A stretch of DNA of 64,000 nucleotides from Diplonema japonicum. Lineage: Eukaryota > Protista > Euglenozoa: Diplonemea. Below, one piece after another: positions 1 to 11,565 of the stretch. Each line of letters begins with the position of its first letter. The stretch's first letter is position 1. The DNA is taken from the NCBI GenBank assembly GCA_964019335.1, contig OZ025713.1, positions 1 to 64,000 of the forward strand, read 5' to 3'. The position numbers and the translations under genes were made by a program. A model generated the notes under the pieces. The model searched no databases. It was not told the origin of the DNA and worked only from the letters and a program-made list of their open reading frames with translations.

Positions 1-150
1 GGGTTTGCGGGTTTGCGGGTTTGCGGGTTTGCGGGTTTGCGGGTTTGCGGGTTTGCGGGTTTGCGGGTTTGCGGGTTTGCGGGTTTGCGGGTTTGCGGGT
101 TTGCGGGTTTGCGGGTTTGCGGGTTTGCGGGGTTTGCGGGTTTGCGGGTT
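1..150 (+). repeat. Telomere-like 8-bp tandem array (GGGTTTGC)n, ~18.5 units, running off the window start
   Basis: 16 perfect units at 1-128, one unit with an extra G (129-137), one perfect unit and a partial unit to 150. G3-N5 pattern, G-quadruplex-competent. Confidence 0.95.
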
Positions 151-406
151 CCTCTTGGGCGCTGGCTTAGGTTCCCTGCCACCCATGGCAATCCAGGGGG
201 CTCTTTTCTGTCTTCTCACAAGGGTGTGCAGTGGTGCTCCCACGTCGCCCGCAGCCTCCGCCCCAACCATACCTTGGCAGGCGGTGGGGGCGGGTGCTGG
301 GTCCCCCTGGTTGTTTGAAAAGAGAAAAGGTTCCTTCTTGTTTGTTTTTTTTTTTTCTTTCCCTTCCACCCTCAAAAAAAGCCCCCGGCCCTTGGGGACC
401 AGGGTG

Positions 407-700
407 TACACCTCCGTAGAGGGTCCAGAAAAAATGGGGGGCAGAGAGGGAGGAGCACTACCTTCTCTCGGGCGTGCTGTCTCTCCCTCTGCCTTTTTTT
501 CCTCCGAAGAGGGTCTGTTTTTCACCTCCGTGGAGGGTCCCTCTGGGGAGGGCTCTAAAAATGAAAAAGGGGGGGACAAATGGGGGGGAGGAACACTACC
601 CTCTCTCGGGGGTACCTCTTCCCTTCTCTCTCTATTTTCCTCCGAAGAGGGTCTGTTTTCCGTGGAGGGTTCCTCCAAAGAGGGCTCTAAAAATGAAAAA
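407..700. repeat. ~2.3 imperfect direct repeats of a ~130-bp unit
   Basis: The blocks ccgtRgagggt, cactaccYtctctcggg, ttttcctccgaagagggtctgtttt and agggctctaaaaatgaaaaa each recur 2-3 times. Confidence 0.8.
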
Positions 701-3277
701 TTGCGGGTTTGCGGGTTTGCGGGTCTTCCGGGCCAACAGCCCAAGGTACCTCTCAAAGGAGACGTCCTCGAACAACCCCGGGACCGTCACCACCGCTGAC
801 TGCAGGTCGACCTCTTCAACACCCATCTTCCGCAGATGGTCCTGGACAGTGCGCCTCGTCTCCTTCTCGCAGGGCCCCCTCCCCTCGTAGACGTCGAGGG
901 TGACCTTCCTTCCATCCCTCACCCACGCCTTCACTTTGATCAGGTCCTTGACCTTTCCCACTGGGGCCCTTATCCTTGCGTCGCACCTCTCCAAGAACTC
1001 ACGTAGTGTCACCTTGGTAGCGCCGGCTCCCGCCGCAATGCCCACTACCCCTTCCTTCCCCGGTGTCGGGTGGTGTCTGCACCCCCGGGTCTGCAACTTG
1101 ACCACCCTCCATGCCGTTTCCAGAGTCCCCTTGAGCACGCCACCCTTGAAACGAACAGGTTGCACCGCCGAACACCCACATGCGTACGTGATCTGGAAAT
1201 CCTGGACCGTCCTCGGGAACTCGAACTCGCGGTATGTTTCCGACTTCTGCACCTCACAACCCACAATGCGGCTGCGGCGCTCTCCGTCCGACCCACCTTC
1301 CAAGCTTGCGAAGTACTGCTTTACCATCATGTATCCAAGTCCAGCGATACCAATCTGGCCAGCCATAGCCACCTCCAGCGGAACACCCAGCAACTCGGCC
1401 TTCGCAAGAAGCATCTCCTCAGTCCTCTCCCTTCCAGGGTCCGTTCCTTCTTCAAGGATGATCTCCACCCGGCCCTCGAACTGGATGATGAACTTGAGCA
1501 GTCGGTCCCCCGGCCTCGCCCTCAGTGGCACCATCGCTCTCGGAATTGGGATGCCCATCACCACATCAATCGGGTCAAGCTGAACGAAGTCTCCCCCTAC
1601 TTCCACCTGCTGTTCCCTTTCCGGTGCCCCGACTCCCATCAGCTGATCTCCCTCCGGCGTCTGGATCCCACCCCTAGGTGTGTCAGGCCCCGACTGGCTG
1701 CCTCCGCTCGGTGCGTTCCCGCCCTCTTTGGTCCCTTCGGGGGCGTCATCCGCCTGCGGCTTCAGAGTCCTCCCACCGCCCTGTCTCTTCGCAGCTTGTT
1801 CCCTACAGAATTCGCTCACGGTCATCTTCCTCGTAGCAGTTGTCGCACTCTGGTCCCCCTTGCTCGAGTCCCTCTGGGCCTCCGTATCCCCCTTAGGACA
1901 CTGGTCCAAGGTCTGGTTCACCGCAGCGTCAGTCGCCCCTTGTCTCTTCCCATCTTCCTGGGCCTTCGGGTCAAGCTCCCCTCCCTGCCCAGCCCTCTCG
2001 CTGGATCCTGTTCCGGCCATCTCCGTGTCTTCTCCTCCCGGCGAGGCTGCTTCGAGTCCTGCTCCCGCTTTCCCTTGTGTTCCACCCTCCACCGGTTCCG
2101 CCTTTCGCTGCTGCTGCATTCGGGCGTCCAGGTCCTTCTTCGTCTGCTCCAGAAGGGCATCCAGCTGGTGGGCCACCGTGATTGGGGGTCCGCCTCCCTG
2201 TCCCTTCACTTCCCTCTCGGACGACTCCTCAGCTTCGGTGGTTTTTTCATTGCCGAAGGAGTCCTCTGTGAGGTCAGTGTTGGATTCAGTGTTGGGTTCG
2301 TTGTTCGCTTCCTCGTTGTCCTTTTTTTCCTCTTCGCCGTCCGGTACCGGGGGCCCTGGATCCAACTGTACAGGCCCTTTGACTAACAGCGCCCCTGCTA
2401 TCGATCTCATCATGGCCGTTGACACCTCTTGGACCACACGCCTGTGTATCGAGACTCTGTCCCCGTGAGCCCGCGCAGCTATGCTCCTGGACAGTTTCTT
2501 CGTGAGGTAGACTGCTGCCTCCCCGAACCCCCCAAAGGTCTCCATCGCGAAAGGTACAAAGGCCACGCGTGTCTTGGCGAGCTCCGCCTCATACTTCTGG
2601 CGCTTGTAGTGTTCCGCCTTCGCCGCTGCGTACCCCGCAGTCTTCGCCGCCTGGTTGACACAAGACTCGTTCCTCGGGTGCACGATGACCACGTCCATAG
2701 CCATTGGGCGGGAACCCCCCACCCCACCTGGGAAGAACACGTCCGCCGGGCGCTGGGACGACCCCGGGATCAGCCCCGTCTTCTCCATCGTTGCGCTCAC
2801 CCCGGCCCACTGACAGTGTCTGTGGATGGTCTCCTTCACCCGGTCGTGCCTCGCAATCCTGGCGTTGCCGCATCCCTGGGCATGGTCACCCCATACGTCC
2901 ATCCCCTCAGTCTTGCACCTCGGGTCGTGGCAGCTCTCACCCTGCTTGTAGACCGGAGCCCCCAACCACCACTTGATCAGAGCCCCAAACTCGTTGTCCG
3001 ACAGCTGGTTGTAGAAGTCAGGCGTCGCCGTCAACCACGCCCCCGCATAGTGCATTGACTCCGACATCAACCTCGCTCTCGAGCGTGCATCTGCTTTCGC
3101 CAAGAGGTCCTCCAGCGCCTTCTCATCAAGCACCCTAGAGAGCCACCTCTGGCTGCAGATGTGGGGGGCCTTGGCCACCATGTCGGGTGTAATCTGCATG
3201 CCGCCCTTCGTCCTGTTGAACCACTCGAGCCAGCTCCCCCATACACCCCCTGCGGTTTCATCCCTTCCCACCGACAA
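632..3277 (-). mobile_element. 5'-truncated CRE-clade non-LTR retrotransposon ORF: post-RT thumb region, CCHC knuckle, restriction-like endonuclease, long C-terminal extension; RT core absent
   Basis: Motifs RARLMS..AGAWL..P, CHDPRC-x-DHAQGC, RIARHD, RPAD..AMDV, AEHYKRQKY, FVPFAMETFGGFG. The frame is closed upstream by a TGA at ~3326 with no RT motifs. Confidence 0.88.
701..724 (+). repeat. Internal 3-unit copy of the terminal 8-bp repeat
   Basis: ttgcgggt ttgcgggt ttgcgggt, same orientation as 1-150. Confidence 0.9.
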
Positions 3278-3698
3278 GAAGCAATAACCAATGGAATAAA
3301 TATTTGAGGACCTCTCCCTCCCAAATCAGTTTGAACCTTCGAGTAAACCAGCAGCACACCCCGCCTTCGTGTCCACTGCTCACCGTTTCCTTCCCCGATA
3401 CTTCCATATCCCGCCTCTCGTCTCTGTCATATTGTGCGCATTTCTTTTAATTGAATATCTATTCCGTCAAGCCCTGTTGTTGAAAGTGATCTACAAACGA
3501 GGAAATATAAATGAAAAGTTCTTAAATCTTTCCTTAACAAACAATTCTGCAAAATAAAAAAGTCCGAAAATAAAAAGGTCCGAAGGAACAACGGAAATCT
3601 CGGCGTCCGGAGTTTTTCCCTCCGGCGTTCTTCTTGGGTTTGAAAGATCCACCCTTGGGAAACCACCACTTCACCGTCTAGACACAGTAACAGGCACA

Positions 3699-4949
3699 TC
3701 AACGAGGCCGAAACTCGATCAGGTCGCTAAGATGACCGAGTTGGAGCCCTGCTGTGGTGAGGGACGAGCAGCCAAAGAGTGCAAGTCTGCCTAATCTCTT
3801 GACGCTGCGCATACAAGTGAAGTCGACAGTGGTCAAGGACGAACAGTTCATGAGGAAGCGTGAGCCTACTTCCGTCACACTGCATAGCGGGGATAGGTCT
3901 ACAGATGTGAGAGAGCGGTTCCCCTCAAGGAAGCTCTTGCCGATTTGCTTCGTATCTTGCAAGCAGCTGAGGTCAACGCACGTGAGGGAATCGCATTCTG
4001 AGAGGAAGCGGTCGCTGATGAATGTGAACTTGAGAAAAGACAAATCAACAGTAGTGAGGGAAGCGCACCCGGAGAGGAAGTCATCGCTAATCATGCTGAG
4101 GCTAGCCAAACCTCTAAGATCTATTGAGGTCAACGATGAGCACCTGCAGCAGAAGTTCAGGTTGATAGCCATTACGTTGGTCATGTCGCCAAGGTCCAGC
4201 GTTGTGAGAGACGTGCAGCCGTCGAGGAATTTCCCCGGTATCGAGGTCAAGCCTCGCATGGAGGAAAGGTCAAGAGCTTCGAGCGAATAGCATTCCTCGA
4301 GAAAACCCCACCCCACTGAGGTAACTTCATGGAAGCTGCTCACGTCCACCTCGACAACGGACTGGCACCGCTTCAGGAACGAGTTGCCGATGGTGGCCAA
4401 AGCACCGAACTGGAGGTCAACCCTAGTGAGGTTACGGGATGACTCGAGGAATCTCGAACCAATACTCTCTAAGCACGGGATGTCAATATTGATGGTCTTT
4501 AAGTGTGTTCTCGACAGGAACGATTGTCCTATGGCAGAGACGCGACGCAGGGAGTCCACTATTGCCAGGTGCTGCAGCTCTGCAGGAAGGTCATCGTGGG
4601 TAATCTCCAACACCCCCTTTTCGCAGTGGTCCGAGACATCTATCGTCAGGCACATGTCGGGGTCTTGGGAAATGCGGTCCTGTAGCTCCTGGCGTCGTTG
4701 CTTCAGATCGCCCAACAGAACATGGGGGTTCAGATGCACCGTCAGTTCGCACCCCTCTACTAACCCGTGTTCCTGCACTGTCAGGAATCGCTCCAAGATG
4801 CCTCCTTCCCATTCCAAAAGAAACCTCCCTTTTCCTAGCCTAGCAACATCAGCTACCCTTTCATATAATTCATTTACTGTCTCATTAGCCTCCACGTCCA
4901 GCTCGTGAACCTCGGTGAGGCATCTTGCAAACATCGTGAGGCGACCCAT
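3699..4949 (-). CDS. Ubiquitin-like domain + leucine-rich repeat (BspA-like) protein, 416 aa
   Basis: N-terminal Ubl-like segment (ELDVEANETVNELYERVA..FLLEWEG..L...GL.EG..L). About 10 LRRs of the form IgxxFLxxCxsLtxvDLsxl. A-rich context before the ATG. Confidence 0.85.
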   Translation of the reverse strand: MGRLTMFARCLTEVHELDVEANETVNELYERVADVARLGKGRFLLEWEGGILERFLTVQEHGLVEGCELTVHLNPHVLLGDLKQRRQELQDRISQDPDMCLTIDVSDHCEKGVLEITHDDLPAELQHLAIVDSLRRVSAIGQSFLSRTHLKTINIDIPCLESIGSRFLESSRNLTRVDLQFGALATIGNSFLKRCQSVVEVDVSSFHEVTSVGWGFLEECYSLEALDLSSMRGLTSIPGKFLDGCTSLTTLDLGDMTNVMAINLNFCCRCSSLTSIDLRGLASLSMISDDFLSGCASLTTVDLSFLKFTFISDRFLSECDSLTCVDLSCLQDTKQIGKSFLEGNRSLTSVDLSPLCSVTEVGSRFLMNCSSLTTVDFTCMRSVKRLGRLALFGCSSLTTAGLQLGHLSDLIEFRPR

Positions 4950-6051
4950 CGTTACACTTTCCTTGTTTTCTTTTTTTCTTTTTTGTCTTTATCTCCGATG
5001 TATTTAAAAAAAGGGGGGTGGTGGAGAGGAGAAATTGTACTACACTCGGAAGAATGCCTGGGCCTAAGAATAATTTCGAGAGGCACGTAAAATAAAAAGA
5101 GAAACCTGGCCGTCGTTTGTACGCCAGATGGAGAGTGTTAAAACCCTTTAGATAGTAAGTCAACAAAAAAAAAGAGGGAAAAATATGAACCTCAGCAAAC
5201 CAAATGGATCAGACCATCTCATGTGGAACAAACAAATAAGAATGAAAAGCAAAAAAAATCTGACTGCAGGTTCTATCACTCACCCGCAGCCGTGTGGTTA
5301 GCAACAGTTCTTTACCTTCTCCTTTCATTTCAGAATGGTCTAAAAAATGTAAACCTCCTGGACAATTTTGTTTTTCTTTTTTGTAATAGCTTTTAAGGAG
5401 GCGAACTTGTGGTGTTAACTCCTTCTTTACTCCATTTAAAAAAAAAACCCCTCGCTTCTCCCTGCAACAACAGCAACAGCGAAACAAAAAGTAGTAGCTT
5501 GGCGCTTCCTTTGTTTGCGCACACAAGCTGTATCCTACCTAGTAAAATAACTTATGAAAAGCCTAAAACTATTTAACTATCCCCTTAGGGTGCTTGTTTC
5601 TGGTGGCCTTGAAAATACAAAAGAAAGTTCTTATTTTGCATCCCCAAGGCAGATTCCATGTTGTATGTTCGTGGTAAAAAAGCTAAGGGGTGAAAGACTT
5701 CTTTCTCTTTCTTCTTCTTTTTTCTTCTTTTTTCAGGAGTATCGAAATATTGGCAATGAAACATTTGTTTTCATTGCTGCTTTGTTTATTCTTTTTCTTT
5801 CTTTCTATATTTCCTTTTTGTGATCTGTGGGCCGTACGTGGAATGACCCAACGACTCCGAAAAAGGGAAAAAAAGCGATTTCACTGGTCAAGTTGGATTG
5901 TGTTTTGGTACACCACCTGCCTTCGACAAAAATATTAATGCTGAACGGAAAAAAAAAACAGAAAAAAAATGGAATCGAACTATGTTCAGGGGAGGAATAA
6001 TAGGTTCACTTCTGCTATAAAAAAAAAAAAAAGAAGGATAATAGCTATTTA

Positions 6052-6150
6052 ACCTGTAGAAGGATAAGCCCAACAATGCCACCACTACTCTTTTTAGCAA
6101 TAACAATTCATTATCAATATATTGTTTTTCTTGTTCAAGCAAAAAAAAAA
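6052..6150 (+). repeat. Short poly(A)-ended repeat insertion flanked by a long direct repeat; second copy at ~51040-51160
   Basis: An 89-nt insert (6052-6140) lies between two copies of A12-GAAGGATAATAGCTATTTA (6021-6051 and 6141-6171). Near-identical sequence at 51041-51129 is followed by ~30 A. Confidence 0.8.
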
Positions 6151-6764
6151 AAGAAGGATAATAGCTATTTACTACCAACAAGTAATGACTTTACCTCGAG
6201 GCCCGCATTTTGTCATCGGGGGCCAAGTCATTCCTTGGCGATAGGTAAGTGGTTTTATTTCACGACTCTCCGAAATTACTTCACACGAGGGGGCAAAAGA
6301 GGTGACAAGGGGTACAACAAGAGAGGAGATACAAAGGTTACAATACAAGTTGTTTTCCCCCGTTGTTGACTAAGAGCTGCCGCTGACCTTATCGAAAAAA
6401 GTTCTTTCTTTTTTTTTATTTATTTCTGAGGAAATATTTTCCCAGCTATTCGGAAGAAAATAAATTAATATATGAGCTAAAGAAGGTCACTGTGAATCGC
6501 CCCCTTGTTCTCATCCTAAATAATATTTCTGAACCTGTCGTTTAGCTTCTTTCGCTAGAGCAATTGATAAACTTCGGTGTACGGGTGGATGCTCACCGGG
6601 AAAGTATAAAAACACGTAAAAGAAGAAACCTTCTTAGCATTCTTTGCTCGGAAAATATAAAGTTCTGGTCAGCATTTCTTTTTTTTTTCTTTCTTTCTTT
6701 TTTGCTCAGAATTGCATTAAAAAAAGGGGGGGGAATTTCGTCCAAAAAAAAGGAGAATAAATAT

Positions 6765-8322
6765 GGGTCGATTTCAAACCCCCCCCCCAAAATGAGGCCA
6801 ATTGACACTTTCGTTGCATCTTTGGGCATGCCGCCCCCTTTAAAAAAAATTCTCCATATTTCCCGGCCCATATTAGGAAAGAACCCGGGTCAGAAATCGC
6901 TCAAGGGTGCTATTTTGACCTATGAAAAATTCGGTCTTAGGGTAAAAATCGGGTTTTAGTGGTTTTGGTAAAGTCAGAGATTATGCTTTCAATAGCAAGA
7001 AATAGCGAAACTCACTGCTAGAAGGTGGCTGAAATGATGTTGGAAGTGGAAACCTTCATTTCCTAGTCTTCTGCGGCTGAGATGTGCTGCTGAGTGGGCG
7101 ACCTCGTTTCTTTTTCATACTATTAGGCCTTCTACCGCATTTTGGGGGGGTTTTAAGAGGCTCATTCATAGGTGTACTTGTGCTTTGGGCTTGTCATGGG
7201 GTGGCGAGTATTTTCGTAATTTGGTTACCATTCTTTCTCGTTTTTCAAGTCCGGGAAGGCTATCAGGAACGTCCTCATACTCATCACAAGATTCATAGAC
7301 TGGGGGCCTTTTCTCTGCCCTGTCTGCATCGAGTTCTTTGATGATGTACTTTAGTTCTTTCTAGCTCGTGGACGCGCACGTAGCAAATACACCCTCCGGT
7401 GTGCTCCTGAGCTCATATGCACCTGTAAAATCCGGAAACTCAAGAATCTTCTTTTTGTACGGGTCAAAGACATCAGTAACTACATGCACGGCGCACCGTA
7501 TCGTATTGGTGATGTTAGCTATTTGTTCCACAGTTTTAATTGTTGTGGAACGAGGCACCCAAAACCAAACACGAGAGAGCACACCAAAGTGGCTGTCCCT
7601 GTTGTTTTTGCCGTGTTTCTCCCCCAGAAACCACAGGGAAAACGTCCGATCGGGATATACATAACGAAGACCAAAAAGAACAAAGTAGCAAAATTCCTTT
7701 GCACGAAAGTGACGCCCACCGTCAGTCCAGAGTATCCACTCCATTTTTTTCTTTATTTTTTTCTGTGCCCATGCTACTGTGGAACAAGACTTTTCCAACA
7801 GTAAGGCCAGCTGCCCTTATTTCATCATGTGTGATGTGGTCAAGCCTCATGCCTCTGACCAATTGGCGCCGTGTGGTGTCTTGTTGGCTACTAAATCAAC
7901 CAGAAAATGATAGCAGAAGTGCCGCTAGAAGTTCCCTTTTACACACTACGTCACAAACTAGTGCAGCACAGTCGTTGCCACTGAGCTTCTCAAAAACCTC
8001 TGTGGCAAGTGTCCTGATCGCCGTGGTGTTCCCATTTACCCTTTCTCGGTCCGAATACCATTTTTTTTTACCCCTACAAGTTTAAAAGCATCCATTTTTG
8101 TCACCCCCTCTTTTACTGAATTTGTGCAAACCCATTTTTGCCCCTAGGACTGAATTTTCTGGGTACTAGTAACACTCACTTTCCCATTTTCTGGGGTGTT
8201 TTCTTTCCTAACCTGGGCCGGGAAAGTTGTAGAATTTTTTTTCTTTGGGAAAAAGTACTTAGAGAAATATTGAAAGTGTCAATTGGCCTCATTTTTTTGG
8301 GGGGGGGGTTTGAAACGATGCC
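6765..8322 (-). mobile_element. 1558-bp non-autonomous DNA transposon, Sola(2)-like, copy 1
   Basis: ~50-bp imperfect TIRs (GG..CG.TTTCAAAC10..AAAATGAGGCCAATTGACACTTTC) with ATAT on both flanks. Transposase remnant at 7361-7798 has WTDGGRHF...EKHGKNNRDSHFG. Confidence 0.85.
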
Positions 8323-8331
8323 ATATATGAG

Positions 8332-9070
8332 TTAAAGGAAGCCGGTGTTGGCGGCGCCCTGCACAAGAACTGTCTACTTGATTACAAGGCGCACTGCGGC
8401 CGAGTTGTAGCTTCTTCTGCGTTCCGCGTCGTGTCCTCAATGCGTGCGGTGTACAGCTCAACCCCAGCCGGGGCGTCCCGGGTAACCAAGATTCTGCGCT
8501 CGTGCAGTTTGCTGCCTGTTCGTCACCCTGAGCATGCGTTACGTTCTTTCCACTCGGGCGCTACCGGTTGGTTTTTAGCATTTTATAGTTGTGCACACGT
8601 CGAGTCCCCTGGTAAAAACGTCGTAGTGGTAGTCCAAAAGAGGAACTTGCCGTTGTTTGTACGTGCCGGGTAAAAACCTGGAGAAATTTGTCAACCCGAA
8701 ACACGTTGCCAACGTTCCCCTTTTGTTTAGACAAGTCAAAGACTCGTTCTTGCAAAATAAAATCCCCAAAAAAAACACGAAAAAAGTTCATTACCCGTCC
8801 TATTATCATTGCTTCCTCCCTCGAGCAGCGGAAACAAAAAAGAAATAAAAGTTTTCGATGATAGGAAACGAAGTGGTTAGCAACGGCAACCAACAAAAAA
8901 AGAAAATGAAAGGAGGCCAGTGTTGGTGGTGCCCTGCACAAGCAGTGTCTACCTATTACAGGGGGTACACCCCGACCGAGCTGTAGCTTCTTCTGCATTG
9001 TGCGCAACCCCAGCTAGGCGCACCGGGTAACCAAGATTCTGCTGTTTGCTGCCTGTTCGTCACCCTAAAT
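8332..9070 (+). repeat. Two tandem degenerate copies of a dispersed repeat beginning (TTAA)AGGARGCCRGTGTTGG; fragments also near 17045, 32330, 32455 and 50580
   Basis: 8332-8545 aligns by eye with 8910-9067 (gccctgcacaag..gtctac..attaca..ccgag.tgtagcttcttctgc..gggtaaccaagattctgc..gtttgctgcctgttcgtcaccct). Confidence 0.7.
8637..8757 (+). repeat. Conserved ~115-bp A-tailed dispersed repeat (family X); other copies ~13603-13813, 26670-26880, 56909-57066, 58094-58187
   Basis: Shared core ccgggtaaaa(a)cctggagaa.tttgtcaaccc.aaacacgttgccaacgttcccct.ttgtttagacaagtcaaaga.tcgttcttgc(A)n; all five copies in the same orientation. Confidence 0.9.
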
Positions 9071-9459
9071 ACGTGCTACCGGTGATGACCGATGAAGAGA
9101 ACAACGCTCCATGTTATCCCCGCCCTAAACAAAAATATATAAGGAAGTCTTTATGAGACACTCCTTTGTTCTCCTCTCCAAAAAAAGAATAGGCAAACTA
9201 TTCTTTGTTTGTGTGCAATGATTACAAACGTCTTTCCTACTAAAGAGATAATCTGTAACGCATAACACTCCTTGATAACTACAATCAAGTTTTTTCTGTT
9301 CATCGTAAAAAAAGAATCAGCTGACTCTTTTTAGAAAGAAAAAGAAGAAGAAAAAAACAAAAAAAAACAAACAAAAAAGATTCAAATTAAAAAAAAAAAG
9401 AGACATTTAAGGGGTATGCATTATGTGGCAGGACTCCTGCCTAAAAAAGAAGAAGAATG

Positions 9460-10266
9460 TTAGGGGGAAATGAGTCTAAACAGTGCTTCCCTTACAACAA
9501 AATAATACACCTCAGCGGACGGCCGCTTGGGGCGAAGCGGCAGATTGCCAACATTGTCCCTCGCAGTGATATCGGCGCCGGCCTCAAGGAGAATCTTCGC
9601 CATTCTAGGCCCCTGCGCGTAGTGCAAAGGTGTCCTGCCTTCCGAATCTCTCAGGTCCACCTCGGCACCGTTAGACAAAAGTATGGCAGCAACCTTAGGA
9701 GCCCCATCAACACGATAAAGCATGATACGATGCAGCAGGGTCGCTCGGTCGTGCTGCGTCAGTGCGTTGACATCCGCACCATGTTCGATGAGCAACAATG
9801 CGACGTCAGCATCATCATCGCAGAGACACCTGTGGAGGAGCGTTTCGCCGTCTAAGCGCATTTCAAGAATATCTGGTTCACATTCAAGAAAGAGCGGTAA
9901 GAACACAGAGGCAGGTGCTTCATAGCAAGAAGATTCGTCTGACGAGTCATCGAACACGTCATCAAGGCCGAGGGCACGCTGCAGACACGCGAATGAAGGC
10001 TTCATGCCCATTTCCATCAACATCAACCGCGCCTTTTCAGCCTTGTCGACGGTCACCCGCATCTCGTCCCCGTGGCAGAAGATGTCGCATATCTTTGCGG
10101 ACAAGTCGCCCAGCACCACGCCTTCGTGGACCAGGACGAACATGCCCTTCTGCAAGCTGAACACCTCGGCAGCCTGCTCCGTGAGGTTCTCCACAGTCTC
10201 ATTCCCCCCTGCTATAACAGACACCGCAGGGCAGCTTTCCACACGAAGGAAGAGCTCCAGGGACAT
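9460..10266 (-). CDS. Ubiquitin-like domain + ankyrin repeat protein, 268 aa
   Basis: N-terminal Ubl-like segment, then GETLLH..LLIEHGADVNA, ATLLH, GRTPLHYA..LLEAGADI ankyrin repeats. Confidence 0.85.
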   Translation of the reverse strand: MSLELFLRVESCPAVSVIAGGNETVENLTEQAAEVFSLQKGMFVLVHEGVVLGDLSAKICDIFCHGDEMRVTVDKAEKARLMLMEMGMKPSFACLQRALGLDDVFDDSSDESSCYEAPASVFLPLFLECEPDILEMRLDGETLLHRCLCDDDADVALLLIEHGADVNALTQHDRATLLHRIMLYRVDGAPKVAAILLSNGAEVDLRDSEGRTPLHYAQGPRMAKILLEAGADITARDNVGNLPLRPKRPSAEVYYFVVREALFRLISP

Positions 10267-10554
10267 CCTTTTGTTTTCTTTTTTCTTTTTAATCTGAGTG
10301 CGTTATAACTGAGAGAAGAAAAAAAAGCTGAATATTGTGCGCTTCTGGGAGAATGGGAGATCTCCGCAACCCCTCCGGGTTACCTGCCTCGTGTGGTCGG
10401 TCCTCCAATACAACGTAGGGATTGCGGGGTACATCCTTGCAAAAAAAGAACTTCAACGCTTAAAAGACATCCCGTACAGCTTAAAGCCCTTGTTCATTTT
10501 CTTTTTGTACATGGGTTTCTACGGGCTTCGAGCAATTCCTGTTCTTGCCAGTTT

Positions 10555-10830
10555 AGACCGCCGTGTCCAGCTTCACTCCACCCTTCTTCCTGTCTCCACT
10601 ACTGACGTGGTACCACGCTGCTCGCCAACTGTCCACGCAGCTGCTCCACCGCTTCCCACGCTATCTTATAGCTCCCTGCTGGGGCGACGTCAGGGCCTTC
10701 GCAGCCCGCACACCAGATCCGCTGTCGTTGTCATGTTGATCAGCAAAAGCCCTTAGGTGGGTACAAACAAAAGACTCCTTTCTCTTGCAAAAAGCAAAAA
10801 GAAATGGAGAAAATAACAAAGAGGAAAAAA
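10555..10830 (-). pseudogene. Degenerate fragment of the first exon and upstream region of the ART-ankyrin gene (paralogous to ~23935-24215)
   Basis: Clear nucleotide similarity with indels: cgccgtgtccagct.cact.ca...ccaactgtccacgcagctgctccaccgcttcccacgctat...caccagatcc.gctgt..catgttg..tcagcaaaagcc. Confidence 0.8.
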
Positions 10831-11565
10831 AGAGGCGAGTTATTTTTTGTTTGTGCGCAAAAATCCGATAAAGCTTAATGTGGGGTGCTCGCTGATCAAG
10901 AAGAAATTCACACTGCGGTTGCTGTCTGGTGACACGCAGAAAAGAACAAGACGTCCGTCACAACGATGGAGCTCGCGATAGACTGGAGCAGAGCAGCCAG
11001 TCACTCTTGGGCCCGCTTGACTGTAGCTGTAGGCCACGGTCTCGCACCACATCTCCGCCTCCGGATGACCGCACATCCGAGAAAAAAAGAAAAAAAAGCA
11101 AAAACAAAAGGCGATGTTGGGCAAATCCGACCACCCTTAAAGGGTCTATCTTTGATACTCCCTTTCTGAGCTTGTAGTGGACTTTGGTAGATGCAGGGTT
11201 GGAAGATTTCTTTTCTTCGTTCTTCCTTTTTCAAAGACTTGAAACATAAAAAAGAAGAAGGAAAAAAAGACAAGTGGGTTTAAGGGTACCTGCGGTGTGT
11301 GGCAGGACGCCTAGAAGAAAGCTAGACACTTTTTAAGGCGTCTTCCCCGTGTTCACAAGGCTAGAAAAAGACAAAAGAAAGAGAGAATGAGATTCTGTCG
11401 ATAACCCACTGGTTTCCCCCCTTTTTCTCCCTTCTCCCTCATCCCTTTCCTTCTTCTTTCTCATTCCTCTTTTCTTTTGAATTTACGTGAGAGAAAAAAA
11501 GATATGGGCACAAGGCTGCGATATATTTTCACAACAGTAAGCCCCGGTCTTCTTCTCTTGTTCGA

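Noticed and set aside
5-799. ORFs with RVCGFAGL repeats
   Set aside because: They are translations of the stop-free 8-bp array, with no true start.
1070-2468. Long plus-strand ORFs (also 14688-16499, 22165-23835, 27755-29044, 59037-59975)
   Set aside because: Antisense shadows of GC-rich or repetitive minus-strand CDSs, with no recognisable motifs.
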